The notes under the pieces are model-generated. The model ran no database searches and had not been told where the DNA came from. It was given only the letters and a program-made list of their open reading frames with translations. Source: Cyanobacteriota bacterium (GTDB lineage: Bacteria; Cyanobacteriota; Vampirovibrionia; Gastranaerophilales; UBA9971). Taken from it: a DNA stretch of 64,000 bases. Of this stretch, positions 36,891-44,415 are shown in pieces. Position 1 is the stretch's first letter, and every line of letters begins with the position of its first letter. Position numbers and translations under genes: made by a program. The stretch is from contig JAKLDH010000002.1 of NCBI GenBank assembly GCA_022703625.1, forward strand, positions 1,462 to 65,461, in the 5' to 3' direction.

Positions 36891-38395
36891 TGACTATTAT
36901 TCGCTTTAGGCGAGGAAATAAGGCTGACCTGCCTGAACTTGCGCCATCAGGAATGCCCCTGTGGTGCGAGGATACAAAGGAGCTTTATCTTGGTACAGGC
37001 GATGATGTTCATTTAATAGGCAGCAGTAATACAGGCAAGGCAGGCGGTAATTTAACTCCATATTCCGTAAATTACGGCAATTATGATGCCGAGGGCTATG
37101 CTGATTTGATAGAAAAGGTTTCCGATACTGAAATAAGTTTCAAGGTCGGAGGCGTTTATCCGAATATGGGCGTAACATTCCCAAACGGCAATCATTATGA
37201 GATATCATCCATCCAGAATATTACAGGATTAAACGATAACAGCATTTACACCTTCATAATTTTCGAAGAAAACCTTGCAGAGTTGGAAGACGGGACATTT
37301 TTCGCTACAGCAACGCCTTTTAAATTAAATTACCCGTATATAAATTACATAGAAGACAATTTACTCACGGGATTTACTTCCAATATAAAAGATGGGATTA
37401 CTTTATCAGCAAGCCATAGCAGTAGTTCAGCTTATCTTGCAGCAGATGATAACGACAGTTCAAAATGGCCGGGTGCCGGACATAGAACACTTTGCGGCAA
37501 CCCTTATCCGTTCGTTCCGGGAAGCGGTGGTGCGGTTAATTTCTATGTTACTTTTGATACGCCAAGAAAATTATGGAAAGTCCAGATTCTACAGGGCTAT
37601 ACATGGTCAGCAAGCGGAAAACTTTATATCTCTGAAGATAACGGAGTCACATGGATTGAAGTTGGCGGTATTAACGGCGGTAACGGTTCATTTTTTACAA
37701 AAGAGTTTAAAAATTTCTCCCAATACAATGTAAACAAGGTCTGGTTTAATTTTACAGGCGGAACCGCATGGCATAGCGCAGGCGGAGATTGCGGAACCTG
37801 CGGTATGGATACCTATACCATTAAACTTTTTGAAGCTGAAGAGCTTGAGCTGCCAGGCGGTAATCTAACTGAGGATTTAATCCTGCCTACAACTCCTGCA
37901 AATGGTGATCTGGCATTACTCATAAATCAGAATCCTTTAAAACCATACTTAAGGCAAAATGATGCCTGGATCGAAAAGCAGTTTGTTAAGGTTGGTCAGG
38001 TTCAAAAGCTGTCAGATTTACTCGGAACGCCAATAAGTTATGCATTTAACGGGTATAATATCTCTCCATTAATTGATATTCCTGTAGCTACAAGACAAAT
38101 AATTGAACATAACCATAATATTGGAAGTTATTGCTTTGGGGATGCTGAACTTGTTTGTATAGCAACATCAGGCGGGTATTCAGAAGATGAAACCCTGACA
38201 GAATTTTACGCAAGAACTCCTGATAATAACTTTGCTATTAACAGACCCTATTTTAAAAACAATTTTGTGGTCAGGCACGGCACATGGCATATTTCAAACG
38301 GACTTTTTACCTCTGTAACCAAAGATTACAAGTCAACGCTGGAAATATTAGCGACTAAATTCAAGATACGCTTCATAACCAAAAGAGGATTTTAA
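36890..38395 (+). CDS. tail fibre/receptor-binding protein with same N-terminal domain and discoidin-like segment
   Basis: 501 aa. IIRFRRGNKADLPELAPSGMPLWCEDTKELYLGTG. The central ASHSSSSAYLAADDNDSSKWPG resembles F5/8 type C (carbohydrate-binding) domains. Confidence 0.6.
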   Translation: MTIIRFRRGNKADLPELAPSGMPLWCEDTKELYLGTGDDVHLIGSSNTGKAGGNLTPYSVNYGNYDAEGYADLIEKVSDTEISFKVGGVYPNMGVTFPNGNHYEISSIQNITGLNDNSIYTFIIFEENLAELEDGTFFATATPFKLNYPYINYIEDNLLTGFTSNIKDGITLSASHSSSSAYLAADDNDSSKWPGAGHRTLCGNPYPFVPGSGGAVNFYVTFDTPRKLWKVQILQGYTWSASGKLYISEDNGVTWIEVGGINGGNGSFFTKEFKNFSQYNVNKVWFNFTGGTAWHSAGGDCGTCGMDTYTIKLFEAEELELPGGNLTEDLILPTTPANGDLALLINQNPLKPYLRQNDAWIEKQFVKVGQVQKLSDLLGTPISYAFNGYNISPLIDIPVATRQIIEHNHNIGSYCFGDAELVCIATSGGYSEDETLTEFYARTPDNNFAINRPYFKNNFVVRHGTWHISNGLFTSVTKDYKSTLEILATKFKIRFITKRGF

Positions 38396-38397
38396 CT

Positions 38398-38937
38398 ATG
38401 GCTTTCAGAAATTGTAGAATACTAAACAGAATCACGCACGAAAACTTCTATGGTCGTATTGACACTGAATTTGAAGGCAATGATTTCTATGAACTGATGG
38501 AAATACCTGATGATGGCAAGATTTATGAACCAGCAGAAAATTCACCATACTATCAGGAAAAAACGGTTGGGTTTGAAGAATTAAAGCAATCTTTGCTGGA
38601 AAAAATCGCTGATCTTAAGAATACGCCTTTTTCCATAACTATAACAGATATTGACGGGGTTGAAGGCAGTTATTTTGTTGATTTGCAGGATTCAACCATT
38701 TTAAAAATTCTGGTGCTGGTAAAAAAAGCAGAGATTATCGCTCAGGCATCAGATGAATTTATTAATGCCGACAATGGAATCGCTGAATATAAAACGTTCA
38801 GCCTTGAAGCGATTCAGGGAGTGCAGGCAGAAGTTATTCAAAAGGATGATTTTCTTAAATTAAAAGCAAATCAGGTTAAACTTGCCCTGAATATCGAGGC
38901 TTTAGAAAGCATAGAGCTAGAAATAAACAACTTATAG
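38398..38937 (+). CDS. hypothetical tail-fibre-associated protein
   Basis: 179 aa, adjacent to the fibre genes. No family recognised. Confidence 0.5.
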   Translation: MAFRNCRILNRITHENFYGRIDTEFEGNDFYELMEIPDDGKIYEPAENSPYYQEKTVGFEELKQSLLEKIADLKNTPFSITITDIDGVEGSYFVDLQDSTILKILVLVKKAEIIAQASDEFINADNGIAEYKTFSLEAIQGVQAEVIQKDDFLKLKANQVKLALNIEALESIELEINNL

Positions 38938-38946
38938 GAGGTCATT

Positions 38947-39342
38947 ATGTTAGAGGCTAAATTACAAAACTTTGTTGAAAAAGAACTCTCCTGCAGGTGC
39001 TGCGGGAAACTTATCATCAACCATGAAACACTGATATGCCTGCAGGCGTTCAGGTATTTCCTTAATCGCAAATATGGCAGGAATATCATGATAACACCTT
39101 CTTGCGGGACACGCTGCTATCAACACAACATTGATGTTGGCGGAGCTAAAGGCAGTTTCCACTTAACGGGGCAGGCATTTGATATAACATCGCCTGATAT
39201 AACTTACAGACAAATTTACGAAGCTGCTTTAGAAAGTAAATTGTTTTCAACCGTTATCAGGTACGATAAATCCTTGTTTGTCCACGTGGATACAAGAAAA
39301 AGAAAAAATTATGCAATTGAAAGCTGGGTTGAAAACAAATGA
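38947..39342 (+). CDS. endolysin, peptidase M15A (zinc D-Ala-D-Ala carboxypeptidase-like)
   Basis: 131 aa. SFHLTGQAFD and VHVD are the H-x6-D ... H zinc ligand pattern of Peptidase_M15_3. Confidence 0.8.
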   Translation: MLEAKLQNFVEKELSCRCCGKLIINHETLICLQAFRYFLNRKYGRNIMITPSCGTRCYQHNIDVGGAKGSFHLTGQAFDITSPDITYRQIYEAALESKLFSTVIRYDKSLFVHVDTRKRKNYAIESWVENK

Positions 39343-39394
39343 TTCTTGTGTCGAAACGATACGAAATAGCTGGAAATCTCACTAATTCTGCACA

Positions 39395-39414
39395 TTGCAC
39401 GGTAATGTGTGATT
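39395..39414 (+). promoter_or_regulatory. cassette leader L1 (subfamily A): TTGCACGGTAATGTGTGATT
   Basis: It lies 24 nt upstream of ATG 39438. Related copies are at 40668, 41540, 61153(-) and 61870(-). TAATGT could be a -10 element. Confidence 0.45.
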
Positions 39415-39437
39415 GTCAGAATAAAGGAGAAGTACTT

Positions 39438-40328
39438 ATGACAACAAAAAACACAAACGAAGAAGTCATTTTTAAGAGCAGAAAAGACTTTAGAGCATTT
39501 GTAGCAGAAGATGGTAATGAAATGCTTGAGGAAATTATGGGATCAAAAATCCAAATCCTCTCGGTCTCAGAAAGTTCATTAGGGGAACAGCCGGATATTC
39601 TGGCAGTAGCGAATATCCACGAAAAAACAATTATCGAGTGCGACTTAAAACAGAATATTAAGACACTTGCAAACCTGTTAATGCATACGGCAGCGTACAA
39701 AGCAAAGCATATTATCTGGTGCATTAATCAGGAAACACCGGAGGCAATGGAAACAGCTAATATGCTCAGTAAGTTTAACCAACATGAAGTGAAGCTATAT
39801 GTGGTTAAATGCCATATTGAAAACAATGAGGTCAAGCTAAAAGCACTCATAAAGCCAGACCCGAATAATTACCAGAAGCCAGCAGGCAAAATAACCGACA
39901 CAAAACAAAAGCAAAATGAATTCTGGCAGGCATTTAGCGGTTACATTAACGATAAAAACCTTCCCATAAAAATAACCCCTGCACCGCAACACTGGCAGTA
40001 CATAACAATCGGCATATCAGGAGTATCTATCCAGCTCACTGTTAACACTTCAAAAAATAACCTCGGCTGTGAACTCCTGATTGCCAATAATAAGGAACTT
40101 TTCAAAAAACTAGAAGTTGATAAAGCACGGATTGAAAAGCAGCTTAAAAATATAAATCTGGACTGGCAGGCACTTGAAGGTAAAAAATCCTCCCGCATAA
40201 GAACCACGCTGGACTTTGATATTACTGATAAAGAAAACCTCGAACAGGGGTTTATCTGGCTGATTGATACTGCCAACAGGTTTAAGGAAGTGTTTACAGA
40301 ATATCTAAAAGGAGAAGCCAATGGATAA
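39438..40328 (+). CDS. PD-(D/E)xK-like N-terminal domain + DUF4268-like C-terminal domain protein
   Basis: Start at ATG 39438, after AAGGAG. The C-terminal half (FWQAFSGYINDKN...HWQYITIGISGVSIQLTVNTSKNNLGCELLI...LDWQALEGKKSSRI) fits the DUF4268 pattern. The N-terminal half is homologous to 60157..60594. Confidence 0.65.
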   Translation: MTTKNTNEEVIFKSRKDFRAFVAEDGNEMLEEIMGSKIQILSVSESSLGEQPDILAVANIHEKTIIECDLKQNIKTLANLLMHTAAYKAKHIIWCINQETPEAMETANMLSKFNQHEVKLYVVKCHIENNEVKLKALIKPDPNNYQKPAGKITDTKQKQNEFWQAFSGYINDKNLPIKITPAPQHWQYITIGISGVSIQLTVNTSKNNLGCELLIANNKELFKKLEVDKARIEKQLKNINLDWQALEGKKSSRIRTTLDFDITDKENLEQGFIWLIDTANRFKEVFTEYLKGEANG

Positions 40329-40563
40329 TGCTGAAAAAATTGCAAGGCTTGAAGATATACAGACTAAAATTGAAGAACAGGTTTATGAGGCAAGGGGTTT
40401 ACTCGAAGGCACAGGCATAACCCTGCAGCGAGCGGAGCGTTACTGGATAGCCCAAATCCTGACAGCACTTGATAATGATGACGAGTATGTCGGCGGATCA
40501 ATGTTTAGCCTGCAGGACTCAATAAACGAATTAAAAGGGGAAGATGATGCAGACAGTGAGTAA
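40321..40563 (+). CDS. hypothetical acidic protein
   Basis: 80 aa. It overlaps the upstream gene by 8 nt, so it is probably translationally coupled. Confidence 0.5.
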   Translation: MDNAEKIARLEDIQTKIEEQVYEARGLLEGTGITLQRAERYWIAQILTALDNDDEYVGGSMFSLQDSINELKGEDDADSE

Positions 40564-40577
40564 ATGTAACCATAAAG

Positions 40578-40615
40578 GACTGCCGTACCTTTCCGGCAGC
40601 CCTTTCTTTCTTTTT
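40578..40615 (+). terminator. rho-independent terminator
   Basis: Stem CTGCCG (40580-40585) / CGGCAG (40594-40599), followed by a T-rich run CCCTTTCTTTCTTTTT. Confidence 0.6.
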
Positions 40616-40667
40616 CGAATGTGTTCTTATGATACGGTTATTGCACAAATGGCTTTAAAAACAGAAA

Positions 40668-40687
40668 ATGCACGGTAATCTGTGAAT
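40668..40687 (+). promoter_or_regulatory. cassette leader L2 (subfamily A): ATGCACGGTAATCTGTGAAT
   Basis: Preceded by CTTTAAAAACAGAAA, shared with L3. It lies 28 nt upstream of ATG 40716. Confidence 0.45.
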
Positions 40688-40715
40688 ATAGAGAATAAAC
40701 AAAAGGAAAACAAAG

Positions 40716-40877
40716 ATGAATAAAGAATTACAAAGAATCGCAAAAACAATATTAGACCTTGAAACCTTAGAAACCAGAAACTCAGACAGCCTTGATTTTA
40801 AAGAGCAGGCAGTCTGGAATATCAAGGAAGCCTTAGAACAGGCTTACAAAGCAGGACAGCAATCAGTAAGTAAATAA
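40716..40877 (+). CDS. small conserved hypothetical protein (53 aa)
   Basis: Below the ORF-track cutoff. MNKELQRIAKTILDLETLETRNSDSLDFKEQAVWNIKEALEQAYKAGQQSVSK. A close paralog lies at 60959..61123(-), which supports a real gene. Confidence 0.65.
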   Translation: MNKELQRIAKTILDLETLETRNSDSLDFKEQAVWNIKEALEQAYKAGQQSVSK

Positions 40878-40892
40878 ATAAAGGAGATCAAA

Positions 40893-41120
40893 ATGATTAA
40901 AGTAACTATGAGTACACTCCCTGAATTACGAGAAGTACAGGTAAACCCGCAGGATATAGAAATCAAAGACGGAAAATATTACGTAAACGGCATACAACAT
41001 TCAATCACAGTAAGCGGAGCAGAAATACTCCATATCTTTTATCAAGGAGCACAGTTTGCCTTAGATAAAAAAGTAACTAAAAAGCAAGCAGCTGAAACAT
41101 TAACAATAATAAAACGATAA
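40893..41120 (+). CDS. hypothetical protein
   Basis: 75 aa, RBS aaaggag. Confidence 0.5.
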   Translation: MIKVTMSTLPELREVQVNPQDIEIKDGKYYVNGIQHSITVSGAEILHIFYQGAQFALDKKVTKKQAAETLTIIKR

Positions 41121-41131
41121 GGAGAATAACA

Positions 41132-41455
41132 ATGACACAGGAAAAAACAATTGAAACAATTTATTACCAGTGCAGCAGTCAATCCTTAGTTTACAGAGAG
41201 CTTTATATCCTTAATAATAAAAAGATAAAGCTTGAAATTAAATCGGATTCTTACCGCAACCAGTGCTATGCAAGGACTTATGTATTAAAAGATGACGAGT
41301 GGAATATTTTATACAACGTGCCTTATGCCGAGATGGAAACTAAAGAAGGCTTAATATACCATCATGATTATAAAAAATGCCCACAAAAGGCACACAGCGA
41401 GTTTAGAAGCGATATTTTAAGGCTTAAAGACCTGACAAAACAACTATTGTCATAA
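41132..41455 (+). CDS. hypothetical protein, family shared with 61233..61568
   Basis: 107 aa, RBS aaggag. Shared core KLKLEIKSDSY(R/H)xQCYAR(T/A)YVLK(D/N)DEW. Confidence 0.65.
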   Translation: MTQEKTIETIYYQCSSQSLVYRELYILNNKKIKLEIKSDSYRNQCYARTYVLKDDEWNILYNVPYAEMETKEGLIYHHDYKKCPQKAHSEFRSDILRLKDLTKQLLS

Positions 41456-41463
41456 TTAATTAA

Positions 41464-41493
41464 CCTGCCATCTTCCGGCAGGCTTTTCCTTTG
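41464..41493 (+). terminator. rho-independent terminator
   Basis: Stem CCTGCC (41464-41469) / GGCAGG (41477-41482), then CTTTTCCTTTG. Confidence 0.65.
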
Positions 41494-41539
41494 TGTCGAA
41501 ATGATTCTTCTTAACCTGAAAACACTTTAAAAACAGGAA

Positions 41540-41559
41540 ATGCACGCTATTGTGTGAAT
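41540..41559 (+). promoter_or_regulatory. cassette leader L3 (subfamily A): ATGCACGCTATTGTGTGAAT
   Basis: TTTAAA lies 16 nt upstream of TATTGT, giving -35/-10-like elements. It is followed by GTAAGCAATAAAGGAG and ATG 41583. Confidence 0.5.
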
Positions 41560-41582
41560 GTAAGCAATAAAGGAGCAAAACA

Positions 41583-41792
41583 ATGATGACACTTACAGAT
41601 AAAGAAAAAAGAAACTTTGAAAAATTTAGAGCCGAGTTAACAAGAATCTCCCAAAAGTATGGGGTAGCTATAAAATCAATAGGCGGGTTAATGGTGGGTG
41701 ACATAGCAGATATCGAATATAACGACGACCCTGAAAGCGGAGATTTATATCCTGAGATTTTAATGTGGCAGGAAGACGTAGAGGAGTTATAA
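41583..41792 (+). CDS. hypothetical protein, family shared with 60606..60953
   Basis: 69 aa. Shared core YG(V/I)A(I/V)KSIGG...IEY(N/S)DD(P/E)xSGDL. Confidence 0.65.
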   Translation: MMTLTDKEKRNFEKFRAELTRISQKYGVAIKSIGGLMVGDIADIEYNDDPESGDLYPEILMWQEDVEEL

Positions 41793-41794
41793 AA

Positions 41795-42004
41795 ATGAAA
41801 AGTTACAGAATGACTGACACATGGGAACTCGAAGAATCCTACACACTTACTGAACCGGAACTATATAAACTTGCATACGACTTATACTGCGGAGAACCGG
41901 TGGGAGAAGAATTAAAGCAGGCGAAAAAAGAATTCGGCAGTGATATTCCGAAAGTTATCGCCTATGTTGAAAAAGAATGCGGGTGGAGAGCAGAGACAAT
42001 ATAA
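41795..42004 (+). CDS. hypothetical protein
   Basis: Start at ATG 41795, after GAGGAG. 69 aa. Confidence 0.5.
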   Translation: MKSYRMTDTWELEESYTLTEPELYKLAYDLYCGEPVGEELKQAKKEFGSDIPKVIAYVEKECGWRAETI

Positions 42005-42097
42005 ACAACTAATTGTTTTTATAATCAAACGTTTATATTCAAATGTAAAAAATCCTCTAAAATCTGAATTTTAATCACTTAAAAAGTTTTTATATTA

Positions 42098-42994
42098 ATG
42101 GGAAGTATGCATGCGGGAAGTAATTTGGCCTTAAGAGTAGCAGAATTTAATCCAATAAATACAATACAGGATAGTAAATATAATGCTGTTCCGGTTAATA
42201 ATGCAAATAATTTTATATTTAATAAGCTGAAGGAGGATATAGACAGACTTGACTGCAAAACCAACCCGCACAGCCATACCGACCAAGCCCTGCTTTACGC
42301 TTTAAGTCCACTTCCCCCAGCGAGACGAATAGGCTCTCTTCCTGATACATTGGAAGAAAAAAATTATCTAAGAGCAGGACTGTTACTTAGTATGGCTGCT
42401 GCTAACTTCCCCGGTGATTTAAGGGAGATAGGTATTGCTATTAAAAATCCCTTCCAGAAAAATTCTTTTCAGCACGAATTGTCATTATTTAGGGGAACCT
42501 TTTTAAAAAGATTCCTTGATAATCCATTTATCGAGAAGATTGATAAAACCTTATTTTCTACAAAATTCGGCGAAAAAATAATGGATACAGTTAAAATTGA
42601 AATTGATGATCTTAAATCGATAAAAGGCCCAACTCCTAAAACAGTTTTAAAGGCATTTAAATTCTCCGGCAATGGGGTACAAAAACTGATAGGAAATTCT
42701 CTCTTAAGAATACCAATACTAGGAGTAGCTTTTGGAGGACTTCTTGAATTGCCAGCTATTATAAAATCAGTAACCGATACAAAAGGTTCAGCTTTAGAAA
42801 AAGGAAAATCTCTGAGTAAACAATTAATAAAATCTGCTGGTTATGTTGGATTATCAACATTAGCAATTGGCATTGGTGGAGCTTTATTATTCCCACATGG
42901 TGCAATTTTAGGACTTATCGGAATGGGTGTTGGCTCTAGTATTGCTTTAGTTGCATCTAAAGCACTGAATAAGCAAGTGGATAAATTAGCTTGA
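42098..42994 (+). CDS. membrane protein with Gly-zipper-rich C-terminal helices (AT-rich cargo)
   Basis: 298 aa. The C-terminal region reads LGVAFGGLLELPAII...LAIGIGGALLFPHGAILGLIGMGVGSSIALVA. No clear RBS, so the start is uncertain. Confidence 0.5.
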   Translation: MGSMHAGSNLALRVAEFNPINTIQDSKYNAVPVNNANNFIFNKLKEDIDRLDCKTNPHSHTDQALLYALSPLPPARRIGSLPDTLEEKNYLRAGLLLSMAAANFPGDLREIGIAIKNPFQKNSFQHELSLFRGTFLKRFLDNPFIEKIDKTLFSTKFGEKIMDTVKIEIDDLKSIKGPTPKTVLKAFKFSGNGVQKLIGNSLLRIPILGVAFGGLLELPAIIKSVTDTKGSALEKGKSLSKQLIKSAGYVGLSTLAIGIGGALLFPHGAILGLIGMGVGSSIALVASKALNKQVDKLA

Positions 42995-43264
42995 TTTACT
43001 AATATATTCTCTATAACCTCTTACTGTTTCTCTAAGTCCTTTCTGAACCAGTTTATTAGTCACTTTTTCTGCAGCAGCGTCAACATCTTCAGGAGTTATT
43101 TCATTTTTTTCGAGTTGACGTTCTACCTTGTCACAAAATATTCCAAGATGGTTTAATTTTGTGCCATTAGCTTTTTTGACTAAGTCTTGTACTTCTTTTT
43201 CGCCTTTAAACCCAATTTTATTACCCGTATAATTCGGTATTGCAAAACTTACTTTATTAATCAT
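42986..43264 (-). CDS. hypothetical protein
   Basis: 92 aa, convergent with and overlapping 42098..42994 by 9 nt. Confidence 0.45.
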   Translation of the reverse strand: MINKVSFAIPNYTGNKIGFKGEKEVQDLVKKANGTKLNHLGIFCDKVERQLEKNEITPEDVDAAAEKVTNKLVQKGLRETVRGYREYISKSS

Positions 43265-43389
43265 ATTAAAACCCTTTATTATTTTTTTATCTGATTATAT
43301 AAACCCTGAACATAAAAAAAATTGCTTCTTTTTTTTATTTGAATTTAAACAAAAGTAAACTTAATCCCAATTACTGAGTCTATATCCCA

Positions 43390-43431
43390 ATATGCACGCT
43401 AAAATCACAACGATTAGCAAGCATAAGGAGG
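43390..43431 (+). promoter_or_regulatory. cassette leader L4 (subfamily B): ATATGCACGCTAAAATCACAACGATTAGCAAGCATAAGGAGG
   Basis: Near-identical to 59034-59074(-) and related to 62111-62152(-). It contains the -10-like TAAAAT and the RBS. Confidence 0.5.
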
Positions 43432-43438
43432 TAGAACC

Positions 43439-43753
43439 TTGCAGGAAAATAATTTTAAGACTTTATTGAACGGAGCCAGAAACGATTTAAAAATCGCAGT
43501 TGATGACCTTTTTAATGCGATAGAAATTATCCACGAGGATGTCGAACATCTTAAAGTAAAAACATCCAGACCGGACAAACTTGCAGCTTCGTTACTGTTG
43601 GATTATTTAGGCTGGGAAGAAGGAAATCCCAAAAACAATCTTGAAAGAATTTGCGAAAAAGAAATCCAGCAATATATGAAATGGCTTGAATATTATTGTC
43701 AAAAAGAAGGAATAACGAAGGAGCAGGCGTTAAAGGAAGTTATTGAAGGTTAA
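43439..43753 (+). CDS. hypothetical ~105-aa protein, paralog family member 1
   Basis: TTG start 7 nt after AAGGAGG. It is homologous to 44030..44356 and 58707..59027, with shared DLKIA(V/I)DD, LKVKTS(R/K)PDK and KW(L/I)(E/D)xYC motifs. Confidence 0.65.
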   Translation: MQENNFKTLLNGARNDLKIAVDDLFNAIEIIHEDVEHLKVKTSRPDKLAASLLLDYLGWEEGNPKNNLERICEKEIQQYMKWLEYYCQKEGITKEQALKEVIEG

Positions 43754-43962
43754 AACTTCAATAATTCATAGGGTTCTAACCCAAGGGCAGTCGCTATTCT
43801 TTTTACTTTAGACAATGTTATATCATTTTGAGCCGTTTCAATCATGCTGATTGTTGAGCGGGAAACGTTGGCATCACAGGCTAAATCTTCCTGAGATAAA
43901 CCTTGTTCCTCACGTAAAAATTTGATACGTTTTCCAACTTTTTTGATATATTGCTTGTCCAT
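43750..43962 (-). CDS. XRE-family HTH protein (70 aa)
   Basis: Start taken at ATG 43962 (MDKQYIKKVGKRIKFLREEQGLSQEDLACDANVSRSTISMIETAQNDITLSKV...). The longer ORF-track form is antisense to the next gene. Its stop overlaps the convergent gene's stop. Confidence 0.7.
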   Translation of the reverse strand: MDKQYIKKVGKRIKFLREEQGLSQEDLACDANVSRSTISMIETAQNDITLSKVKRIATALGLEPYELLKF

Positions 43963-44029
43963 AAGAAAATTGTCAGTTATACTGGCATTAGATACAACCA
44001 GCCACACTGACAGAAAAGGAGGTGAAATA

Positions 44030-44356
44030 TTGCAGCATATGGATTTTAAAGACAAACTACAATCGAGCGGAAATCTATTAAAAATTGCAGTCAATGATTT
44101 TGTAGGATTTATGGAACAATTCCACGATGAGTTGCAAGTTATTAAAGGCAACCCGCTAAAGCCTGACAGAAAATCAGCACTTGCCCTGCTGGAATACATA
44201 AGCTATGAAGATTCCAGAATAAAAGAAACAGTTGAAACACTTGGCGGGCAACAATTGGAAAAATATTTTGAATGGATTAATGCTTACTGCAAAGAATATA
44301 ACTGCACTCAAGAACAGGCATTAAAGCGTGTTCTTGAAGGAACAGAAAAAATATAA
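44030..44356 (+). CDS. hypothetical ~105-aa protein, paralog family member 2
   Basis: TTG start at 44030, 7 nt after AGGAGG. This is the same TTGCAG start context as 43439. The next ATG at 44039 is an alternative start. Confidence 0.65.
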   Translation: MQHMDFKDKLQSSGNLLKIAVNDFVGFMEQFHDELQVIKGNPLKPDRKSALALLEYISYEDSRIKETVETLGGQQLEKYFEWINAYCKEYNCTQEQALKRVLEGTEKI

Positions 44357-44383
44357 AAGGCGGGATTTTATATTTCCCGCCTT
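44357..44383. terminator. bidirectional hairpin terminator between convergent genes
   Basis: Perfect 9-bp stem AAGGCGGGA (44357-44365) / TCCCGCCTT (44375-44383). Confidence 0.6.
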
Positions 44384-44415
44384 TCGCTATATGAATATGG
44401 AGGATTTCTTTCGTT

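Noticed and set aside
36207-38395. Possible diversity-generating retroelement, because the two fibre proteins have an Mtd-like N-terminal domain.
   Set aside because: No reverse transcriptase ORF, no TR/VR repeat pair and no C-type-lectin-like C-terminus is visible anywhere in the window.
39339-39437. ORF-track start at 39339 for the DUF4268-like gene, and the long form 43750..44199 of the XRE gene.
   Set aside because: The N-terminal extensions run through the conserved non-coding leader or antisense to a supported gene. Internal ATGs (39438 with an AAGGAG RBS; 43962, which has no clear RBS) give proteins that match the family length.
39341-41505. The idea that the GATACGAAA / TGTGTCGAAA boxes in the cassette leaders are MuA-type end-binding sites (the Mu consensus contains CGAAA).
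   Set aside because: They are internal to the prophage, are not arranged as terminal clusters, and always sit a fixed distance upstream of gene starts. A promoter or activator-site role is more parsimonious. The resemblance to the Mu consensus is only 5 nt.
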